A DNA stretch of 40,000 nucleotides from Bacteroidota bacterium (GTDB lineage: Bacteria; Bacteroidota; Bacteroidia; B-17B0; Aurantibacillaceae), in NCBI GenBank assembly GCA_052035725.1, contig JBPOHJ010000019.1, positions 38,163 to 78,162 on the forward strand. Direction: 5' to 3'. Below, piece after piece: positions 19,304 to 26,345 of the stretch. Made by a program: the position numbers and the translations under genes. The notes under the pieces are model-generated. The model was not told the DNA's origin. It was given only the letters and a program-made list of their open reading frames with translations, and searched no databases. Every line of letters starts with the position of its first letter. Within the stretch, counting starts at the first letter, position 1.

Positions 19304-19606
19304 TTATTTTTTCTTGTTAGAAAATGCTGTGTTTAAGTCGTTTAAAACGGTATGAGGATGGGCATCAATAATGGCAATTGTTGGATTGGTTTTGGGAAAC
19401 TCCTTATGAAATAGTTCCCTGCTTTCCTTGTCAACGCCACCGCCAATGATAACCGCATCAAACGTGTTTGATTGGAAACTGAGCAATGCCTCCTGGTTAG
19501 TGATTTTTCCAATTGCCTTGTAGCCATGTTGCTTGAGAATTTCGGTAATTTTAGCAAGCATGTCTGCATGTCGTCCAATTATTAAAATGTTCTCTCCGTG
19601 TCCCAT
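19304..19606 (-). CDS. hypothetical small protein (flavodoxin-like / receiver-like alternating beta-alpha pattern)
   Basis: 100-aa ORF ending 6 nt upstream of the GNAT gene's start. I see no convincing phospho-acceptor pocket. Confidence 0.5.
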   Translation of the reverse strand: MGHGENILIIGRHADMLAKITEILKQHGYKAIGKITNQEALLSFQSNTFDAVIIGGGVDKESRELFHKEFPKTNPTIAIIDAHPHTVLNDLNTAFSNKKK

Positions 19607-19967
19607 AGTTTAACAGATGTGCCAATTAAACAGCCAAAATTAGGCTACTTAGTGTGGTTAATTTGCTGTTTTGTATTATTGGTTTGCCGTGAAGTTAAAG
19701 ATTTTGAAACAAACGCGCATAACGTTTCTATTCGAAACAGGCCGCCATCATGCATGCACCAAGCTTGTTGAAGTCTCAGCCAAAGGCACTGCTCTATTAA
19801 ACAGGGCTTGCTTGCTGCTAAAGTTCAGCGGATTTTTGAATAGGCTTGTGTGTCAGTAATGTCTCTAGTTCCTTTAGCGTCACTTGGCTGTTGTGGCTCT
19901 TGAGTTTTTTTACAATTTGTTCATCTTGGCAATTTCATTCTTACAAAAATTGCTTGCAATGTTAAGT

Positions 19968-20366
19968 TTATTTGTCTGCTATTGGTGCTTTTTTGTGTCT
20001 GCCCCATGAAACAACCATCGCAATTAAGAGCATCACAATATTAAAGCCTATGTCTTTTACTTCGCCTCTTGAAACATGAAAGATAATTGCAGCAACCATT
20101 AATGCAACTATTCCATAGGCCGAAAATACTGTGAGTTGGGTTTTTATGCGAAGTAAAGTCGGCAACACAATTCCGATTCCGGCTAATAAGTCAACAATAC
20201 CTGTCAACAAAACAAGATTGGCGTTGTCTTTTACCCAAGGGTAGGGTAAGTCTGTTGGTTTAACTAATTTCATAGTGCCGGCCCAAACAAAAGTTACAGC
20301 TAAAAGTCCCTGGGCAATCCAAAGCAGTAAGTTTAGTGTCTTTGATGTTTTTTGTTCTGTTGTCAT
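19968..20366 (-). CDS. DoxX family membrane protein
   Basis: 132 aa with four TM segments. The N-terminal LLLWIAQGLLAVTFVWAGTMKL is typical of DoxX-like proteins. Confidence 0.7.
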   Translation of the reverse strand: MTTEQKTSKTLNLLLWIAQGLLAVTFVWAGTMKLVKPTDLPYPWVKDNANLVLLTGIVDLLAGIGIVLPTLLRIKTQLTVFSAYGIVALMVAAIIFHVSRGEVKDIGFNIVMLLIAMVVSWGRHKKAPIADK

Positions 20367-20434
20367 AAATTTAGTGGTGTTGTTTGATTTTAGTTAGGCT
20401 GTTTTACAATAACTGCTCTTAGTGGCTGGTATGC

Positions 20435-20911
20435 TTATTTTGTTTTTATTGGTATCCAAATTTCTTCTTCAGATGTTGGGTCGTTGTTTTTGTAGTTGTC
20501 TCCCAACACTTCAAAATGCGGTCTGTCGTCTAAAGTGTAATGCGATGATGGTAACCAAGTACCAAAAATATATTCAAAAATTGCATTGTCCGTGTTCAAA
20601 CCCTTGTAGTCAAAAACGGCATAAAGCCCGCCTTCTAACACAAATGTTTCCAATTCGCTAGGTACAATGTCAAAGTTGGCAACTTCCACAGCAGCCCATC
20701 TTACAAATTCATTTGTCAACTTGAAGTCCTCAAAATGATGAGGTTTGTATACAACCAGTGAAATTAGGTCCTTGGTCAAGTTATTGGTGATTTCCTTTCG
20801 TCTTGGAGAAAAACTCTGCCAAAGTTCGCCAATTTTGTAGTCTGCTAAACTCATGGTGAGTTGTTTGCCTATTAATTGTTTTTTGTTTAGTTTTTCAATT
20901 TTAGGGATCAT
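20435..20911 (-). CDS. GyrI-like small-molecule-binding domain protein
   Basis: 158 aa. Pattern ...LIGKQLTMSL...WQSF...HFEVLGDNY...EEEIWIPIK, typical of GyrI-like / AraC effector-binding domains. Confidence 0.7.
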   Translation of the reverse strand: MIPKIEKLNKKQLIGKQLTMSLADYKIGELWQSFSPRRKEITNNLTKDLISLVVYKPHHFEDFKLTNEFVRWAAVEVANFDIVPSELETFVLEGGLYAVFDYKGLNTDNAIFEYIFGTWLPSSHYTLDDRPHFEVLGDNYKNNDPTSEEEIWIPIKTK

Positions 20912-20971
20912 TATTCTAATAACAAGTCTATAGGATCATCCTTTTTTTCTGCATTATTAATATGGTCGTAT

Positions 20972-21041
20972 TGCAGCCGTGCTCTGGTCGCATTTTCAAA
21001 TGTACGAATGTCCTCTTAAATTACAACGCCCAAATGCGCTG
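20972..21041. repeat. conserved downstream element, copy after the 360-aa gene
   Basis: It is colinear with 26284-26345. Read on the minus strand, both carry CG.ATTT..G..TTGTAA.TT...G..ACATTCGTAC, then 17-25 nt, then GGCTGCA. Confidence 0.45.
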
Positions 21042-21074
21042 CATAAGGCATATTTGCTGTTATTTGCAGTTTGA

Positions 21075-22157
21075 CTATTTGTTCCGTCTGACAAATAATA
21101 GCGCATTCAGGGAAAGACTAAATACTAGTACTAAATAAATCGAGATTGTCTTAAAGTCCAAAAGGCTGGTTGAGTTCGTAGTACTTTTATTTGCTGTGAC
21201 AATTTGTTTCAGGTAATAGTTCTCTAAAGTGTCATACCGGGAAAAAACTCTATTAAGGAAAGGAACAAAAAGTGCCTTGGTCGAGTATTCGGAAAGTCCG
21301 AAAGTAATGTATAAGGTAACTGTGGCATTTGTGTCAATTGAGTCTGTTGTCAAGCATTTATATTCAATTGGGCCTATATTCTTAAAACCTTGGATGATAA
21401 ATGGGCCCTTGAATTCTGAGGTCCATTTTTTGTAATAGAAAGTGCTGTCATTTACAAAGGCCAAATAGTCAGCGTAGTTCAGATTAATAATATGAATTAA
21501 GTCTGAAAAGATATGTACAACTGTGTCTCCGTGTAAAATATGAAATTTATCGTTTTCATAGAAGTATGTCGGATAAGGTGGTGAATTGTATATTTCAATT
21601 TGATCTTGCCTTGTTTTAATGAGTGAATTTACCAACGTGTCATTGGTTTTTGCGATTGACAAAATTGTGTAATAAGGGATGCTGTAACATGATGTGTTTT
21701 TGCTTAGAGTTGGGAGTGTTCTAAGAGTTTGATGTTTTTTTATGGTTGCGGTATTATTGATGGCCCATTGAATTAGATTTAATGCTTGAGCAATGGAAAA
21801 ACTGCGGTCTCTAATAACAATTACAATTCCTGAATCAAGGTTCCAGTGCTTGGAGTCCTTTTTTTCTGTTGAATACGAAAATTCGTTGTAGCCAAGGGTA
21901 AAGGATGTTGAATCTGTTGATGTGTAGTATTTTTCATAATCAAGAAAAACTTTTACTCGTGTATTGAAATTTCGCTTGAGCAACTTATCGGCAAAAACTG
22001 CTAAAATTTCAATTTTTTGCGCCAAAGCTTGATTCGTTCCCGAACTTGTGTACCGAACAATAAGCCTGTCTTTATGGATAAACTTGACGACGTCCATATT
22101 TCCATAACAAATCTGTAATGAAAATAGGAATAGAAGTATTTTAATTAGTCTGGTCAA
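21075..22157 (-). CDS. hypothetical protein with a signal peptide and a C-terminal TM anchor
   Basis: 360-aa ORF. Only a TTG (22155-22157) preserves the signal-like N-terminus MTRLIKILLFLFSLQICYG. The C-terminal hydrophobic helix is followed by RRNK. Confidence 0.55.
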   Translation of the reverse strand: MTRLIKILLFLFSLQICYGNMDVVKFIHKDRLIVRYTSSGTNQALAQKIEILAVFADKLLKRNFNTRVKVFLDYEKYYTSTDSTSFTLGYNEFSYSTEKKDSKHWNLDSGIVIVIRDRSFSIAQALNLIQWAINNTATIKKHQTLRTLPTLSKNTSCYSIPYYTILSIAKTNDTLVNSLIKTRQDQIEIYNSPPYPTYFYENDKFHILHGDTVVHIFSDLIHIINLNYADYLAFVNDSTFYYKKWTSEFKGPFIIQGFKNIGPIEYKCLTTDSIDTNATVTLYITFGLSEYSTKALFVPFLNRVFSRYDTLENYYLKQIVTANKSTTNSTSLLDFKTISIYLVLVFSLSLNALLFVRRNK

Positions 22158-22205
22158 ATTGCCATTAACTTTTGTCCAACTAGCACAGCCGAATTACGGA
22201 AACTA

Positions 22206-22236
22206 GCCGGATTTAAAGATAAAAAATTTGTCAGGA
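22206..22236. repeat. copy 1 of a 31-nt intergenic repeat (core TTAAAGATAAAAAATTTGTCA)
   Basis: The 21-nt core at 22213-22233 is identical to 25160-25180. The flanks match as CCgGAT-/CCtGATg and gGA/aGA. Confidence 0.75.
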
Positions 22237-22431
22237 CGCTAAAATAGTCGATGTATCGCCGCAAGGCAAAAGTTCAATGGACGTTTGAGCCAGCTGTTGG
22301 AAAGACCTTGCCATGAATGAACTGCTGCTATTCACACTAGCCTTAGGAGTTGCTGTCTCTTGTCACGGTATCACCATTTGACTATTGTTATGTCCTTGTC
22401 GTAACTTAACTGGCCACTCAGGTAAGTGCCG

Positions 22432-22860
22432 TTAATTGCATACGAATTTATTAAGCAGATAAATTATCAGGATGATGAACAAGCTTAGCACTAAAACGGT
22501 GTTAATTAACAGATCGTAATGTTTTTGGGGGATATGGTGCTTGGGATAAATAACTGTCCATTTACCCGAATTGGCGAAGTCAAGCAACATTTTTGGGGTT
22601 ACCGGAATTCTTTTTACCCGGTCGTATGGTGGTGTGAATAATGCGGCGCCTAAACTTTGGCCTTCTTCGTTTGAGTGAAAATACCAAAGATAAGAGCTCA
22701 TGTCAACTTTAAACTTGATTTGGTACTTTTCTATCATCTCATGAAAGTCGTCACCCCAAACATTTTGGTCTTTAAAAATATCGGTTTGTAAATTGATTAT
22801 TTCTCTTCCAAGAAGGTCATTCAGGAAGGTTAGGATATTTTCTTCAGAATATTGGTTCAT
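22432..22860 (-). CDS. DUF1493-like protein with a C-terminal TM anchor
   Basis: The ATG at 22858-22860 gives MNQYSEENIL... The segments KYQIKFKVDMSSYLWYF and RIPVTPKMLLDFANSGKW match my memory of DUF1493 (ACP-like fold). The track start at 22899 is TTG. Confidence 0.5.
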   Translation of the reverse strand: MNQYSEENILTFLNDLLGREIINLQTDIFKDQNVWGDDFHEMIEKYQIKFKVDMSSYLWYFHSNEEGQSLGAALFTPPYDRVKRIPVTPKMLLDFANSGKWTVIYPKHHIPQKHYDLLINTVLVLSLFIILIIYLLNKFVCN

Positions 22861-23009
22861 GTTGAATCTGCCTTTGGTATTACTTTTTAAAGTTGGCAAG
22901 TAAGTGAACTTGATGAATTCAATAATAAAAGCTATATAGTATCACCATATTTGACACGAAATATAAACCTTCAAATAGGGATTTGACCATCAAATTCTTA
23001 GTGTAACAT

Positions 23010-23687
23010 TTAGGTGTTTTTTATTTCTTTCTCATCCTGTATTTCAATTAGCCGGGGTTCGACGGTATTGTAGTCTTTAATAACTTTTATAGTGATTAGG
23101 GCCAGTGGTATTCCTATTACGTTACCAATCATGCTAACAACAGTACTTAATGTTAATTCCTCAATGGTTTCAGCTTTCATTGAGTAGCGAAAAATAAATT
23201 GGCTAATTACATTGTTTATTATCCAAAGAGTCCACCACCAACCTAATGAAGCTGTCGTAAATTTTTCAGTTACATCCAATCCTTTTTTTATCAGAATATC
23301 TTTAGTTTCCTCGTATAATTCCTTCATTATCTGATAGGGTCGATACAAACAAACTATGGGAACAAACCAACTTCCTGCTGCCCAACCTTCAGTTAGCGAT
23401 AAATGATCTACTCGTAGGTGAAGATTGTAGTAGGCTCTTCTAAACCATTGAATGAAGGTTACGATAGAAATACAATACACTATAAGAGAAATGATTGCGA
23501 TGATTTGTTCTCTGGTGTCATTCGCTTCAGCAATTTCTAATGAAACACCTCCACCATTTGCCGCAGTCTTAAGTAAATCATATTGGAAATATTTAGATAC
23601 CAATGAAACGATTTCCAATACCAATCCTATCCATAATAGTGTTATTGCATTTTTTGCTCTTTGGTCATTGGGTTTTAAAGTTTCCAT
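23010..23687 (-). CDS. DUF4328 domain membrane protein
   Basis: Multi-TM protein with GWAAGSWFVPIVCLYRPYQIMKELY, the characteristic DUF4328 core as I recall it. Confidence 0.6.
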   Translation of the reverse strand: METLKPNDQRAKNAITLLWIGLVLEIVSLVSKYFQYDLLKTAANGGGVSLEIAEANDTREQIIAIISLIVYCISIVTFIQWFRRAYYNLHLRVDHLSLTEGWAAGSWFVPIVCLYRPYQIMKELYEETKDILIKKGLDVTEKFTTASLGWWWTLWIINNVISQFIFRYSMKAETIEELTLSTVVSMIGNVIGIPLALITIKVIKDYNTVEPRLIEIQDEKEIKNT

Positions 23688-23906
23688 TATATTGCTTTTT
23701 TATAATTAAGTAAGTGTGTTATTATTCAACTTTACAGGAGTCATTGCATAAATTCAGTACAAACCTTAAATGTGTCCACCGTGAAGATAAAGTTTTTGAA
23801 GCAAACAAGCCAGAAATGACTGCCCGGGAGAATAACCTTCTATTTAGCCGCCGCATACAAGATTTAATCTGGCTGGTTCCAAACCGCTGTTAGGTGTAGT
23901 AATCAT

Positions 23907-24440
23907 TCAATCAACTTTGGTGCTTTTCCATTTTGTTCCAACTTTTCGATACCAGTACTTTTCGCCTTCAAATTCATAATAGTATGAACCGATAGTATTA
24001 TTATACTTTCTAGTAAAGTCCAAATACTCTGACACATATCTAGAATGAAATTCACATTGATGATATACAATGAAATTAACAGGGAGCCCGTTTTTGTGAG
24101 TTGCAATTACGTCTGGGATGGAATCTTTATCAGTGTGCCAAACGAAGGTTCCATCCAAAACACGAGGATTTCCTTTTGCTGAAGTTCTATTAATGAAAGA
24201 GTGACGGTAATTTTTATTCCTCTTGTCTTTTCTAAAAATTAATACAGGTGTACCATTGTCATAGTATTCGTAACCGAAGAAATAAGATGAAGAGCTGTCC
24301 GTTGGATTTAGATCTGCGTCGAGATATTTGATCCAGTAACCAGTCTTTTTTCCTTTACTGTTTAATTGATTAATTGTGTCATGCTGTCCGTAGAATGCTA
24401 AAGTCAAGATGTTTAATAAGGAAATAACTAATATTCTCAT
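23907..24440 (-). CDS. secreted hypothetical protein, MORN-variant/YwqK-like repeats (weak)
   Basis: Signal peptide MRILVISLLNILTLAFYGQ. The motifs GKKTGYWIKY, YYDNGTPV and HKNGLPV resemble YwqK-type repeats. Confidence 0.5.
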   Translation of the reverse strand: MRILVISLLNILTLAFYGQHDTINQLNSKGKKTGYWIKYLDADLNPTDSSSSYFFGYEYYDNGTPVLIFRKDKRNKNYRHSFINRTSAKGNPRVLDGTFVWHTDKDSIPDVIATHKNGLPVNFIVYHQCEFHSRYVSEYLDFTRKYNNTIGSYYYEFEGEKYWYRKVGTKWKSTKVD

Positions 24441-24483
24441 AATTACTACAAGCGGCTATTATGGGTTGGACGTAATACCGTAT

Positions 24484-25074
24484 TTATTCTTTTCTTAACC
24501 AACCAAGTAGTCTTTCGTTGTCCAATGTCCATAAGCTATCTGAGTTTATTAAACTGATTAATTCTCTCGATTTACCAAAAGGTCCAGGATTTTGCTGAAT
24601 AATTTCAATTTCATTATCAGTAACGTTAGAAACAATTGCGACGTGTCCATACTTATTAAAGATCGAACCTTTAAAAACAACTAAATCATCGATTCGTGGT
24701 TTTGTATGACTGCCATTTTTGAATTGAACCAAGTTACGTTTTTTGTTTATCGTCCCATCTGTAAGCTCCTCATCAAAAAAATCTTTCGCGTTGCCAAAAG
24801 CGTCGGGCATTTTGTGATTTAAATGTTCGTAATAGTAACGCTTAACAAATTCAACACATTGATATTTGATTCCGATATTATAATTGTCTGCAGAAGTGTT
24901 ACGTCCAGAAGAATTGTCAACGCCGCCATTATAATAAACTATAACATTGTTTAAGCTATCAATGTGCTGCCCGACTTTGTAATTAAAATTAAAATTTACT
25001 TTTTTACCTAGTTTGTATATGGCGAAGGCCGCTAAACAAAATACCAGGAGAATTATTACTCGACTTTTTTTCAT
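24484..25074 (-). CDS. CHAP domain amidase/peptidase with an N-terminal membrane anchor
   Basis: The ATG at 25072-25074 gives MKKSRVIILLVFCLAAFAIY. The catalytic Cys context is YQCVEFVKRYY. The His context is YGHVAIVSNV, with E/N downstream. The track start at 25152 is a TTG extension. Confidence 0.7.
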   Translation of the reverse strand: MKKSRVIILLVFCLAAFAIYKLGKKVNFNFNYKVGQHIDSLNNVIVYYNGGVDNSSGRNTSADNYNIGIKYQCVEFVKRYYYEHLNHKMPDAFGNAKDFFDEELTDGTINKKRNLVQFKNGSHTKPRIDDLVVFKGSIFNKYGHVAIVSNVTDNEIEIIQQNPGPFGKSRELISLINSDSLWTLDNERLLGWLRKE

Positions 25075-25120
25075 TAATGATTTTGGGATATCAATCCAAC
25101 GGATTACCAATAAACTTCGT

Positions 25121-25132
25121 TCAATTGGCGCC
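25121..25132. repeat. left arm of a 12-bp perfect inverted repeat (TCAATTGGCGCC)
   Basis: Its exact reverse complement is at 25271-25282. Confidence 0.8.
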
Positions 25133-25152
25133 GATAATATAAGGGTAGCCAA

Positions 25153-25183
25153 CCTGATGTTAAAGATAAAAAATTTGTCAAGA
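25153..25183. repeat. copy 2 of the 31-nt intergenic repeat
   Basis: See copy 1. This copy lies upstream of the CHAP gene, inside the inverted-repeat-bracketed segment. Confidence 0.75.
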
Positions 25184-25270
25184 TCTTAAAGAGATAAATC
25201 AGTCGCGTCACTAAAACTTAACTGCCCAAAAACGACAGCTGCTTTGAAGGAATCTGACACTCTTCCAGGT

Positions 25271-25282
25271 GGCGCCAATTGA
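25271..25282. repeat. right arm of the 12-bp perfect inverted repeat (GGCGCCAATTGA)
   Basis: Exact reverse complement of 25121-25132. The two arms bracket 162 bp in total. Confidence 0.8.
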
Positions 25283-25301
25283 CTCTTAGCGACTAGTTGC
25301 A

Positions 25302-26171
25302 TCAGTTTTTAATAAGCAGTCTATTCTTAATTCGATTGTCAGATTTGCATCTTAGAACATAGGCACCAGATGGCAACATTGAAATATCAATCACGCTATC
25401 AGTTTGTTTCCAATCTCTGACTTCAAGTACGCATTCACCAATACAATTTATAAATTCTATATTCGTTGGAACCCAATTGTCGACCGAAATTGATATGCTA
25501 TTATTGGAAGGGTTGGGGAAAATAGTAAAATGTTGGGAGAGCAAATCATTTGAGCTGACACCGACTGGCAGTGAGCAGCTTAAACTGCTTTGGGCATTGG
25601 AATAAATAGCAGTCGCTGAATTATTATTTACTAAACAAATGAGGTTTCTTGTTGTATTAAATGTATTGCATAAAGGAAAGAGAAGCGCAAATGTAGATCC
25701 AACACCTTCAATTATTTTGCCGGGGCCGTTACCCCCAAAATTAAACCTTTTATGATAGATTCCGTCGTTAAGAAGTACACTGTCTTTGTAAGTCAATGTG
25801 GCGGTTATTACTCCGGTTACACAAAAGAGTTGGGCGGTATCTCCTACATTTTTGTCAAAATTATAAAGTATTTTTTCCTGATTATTGACTAAAATAATAA
25901 CTCTTTTAAGAATTGTGTCTTGTCTGAGTAAAATTGGATAAAACATTTGAAGGCAGGATGAACCATCCGCAGATAAAAGATTGTAATTAATACCATTTAC
26001 AATAGAGTCCTTTTCGACCCTTAATTGATAAATTGAGGGACCACTTGTGCTAGGAATAGTTTGACAATACTCATACCAGTAATGATTGTTGTCAAGTGGC
26101 ATTTTAATGTACTGAGCATGAAGTGATGTTATACTCAACAACAATGTCAACCAAAGTAGTATTTTATTCAT
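25302..26171 (-). CDS. T9SS type A sorting-domain protein; N-terminal domain unknown
   Basis: Signal peptide MNKILLWLTLLLSITSLHAQ. The C-terminal ~80 aa (FTIFPNPSNNSISISV...IDISMLPSGAYVLRCKS...LLIKN) fit the Por/T9SS C-terminal domain. Confidence 0.7.
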   Translation of the reverse strand: MNKILLWLTLLLSITSLHAQYIKMPLDNNHYWYEYCQTIPSTSGPSIYQLRVEKDSIVNGINYNLLSADGSSCLQMFYPILLRQDTILKRVIILVNNQEKILYNFDKNVGDTAQLFCVTGVITATLTYKDSVLLNDGIYHKRFNFGGNGPGKIIEGVGSTFALLFPLCNTFNTTRNLICLVNNNSATAIYSNAQSSLSCSLPVGVSSNDLLSQHFTIFPNPSNNSISISVDNWVPTNIEFINCIGECVLEVRDWKQTDSVIDISMLPSGAYVLRCKSDNRIKNRLLIKN

Positions 26172-26283
26172 GGTGTAATAATTAAATTGTAATATAAGTT
26201 AAGACGTCTTTAAGAACCAAAGGTTACATATGTTGTCATATAAATCTGTCTCTTTCTGCTTTATGTTTGGCAGTTACAAGTTG

Positions 26284-26345
26284 TGCAGCCTTCTTCGTTA
26301 TTAAAGTACGAATGTAGGCCCGAATTTACAATACTGAAATACGAC
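26284..26345. repeat. conserved downstream element, copy after the 166-aa gene
   Basis: See 20972-21041. It shares an exact 10-mer (GTACGAATGT on the plus strand) plus colinear flanking matches. Confidence 0.45.

Noticed and set aside
25075-25152. N-terminal extensions in the ORF track, also at 5585-5611, 15885-15941, 15976-15993, 22861-22899, 35456-35494, 13621-13689 and 17024-17149.
   Set aside because: Most of these extensions begin at a TTG codon rather than ATG. Two begin at an ATG: the one at 17024 runs through the hairpin region, and the one at 13621 overlaps the upstream pump gene. They add residues in front of an obvious signal peptide, lipobox or family-typical N-terminus, and internal ATG or GTG starts fit better.
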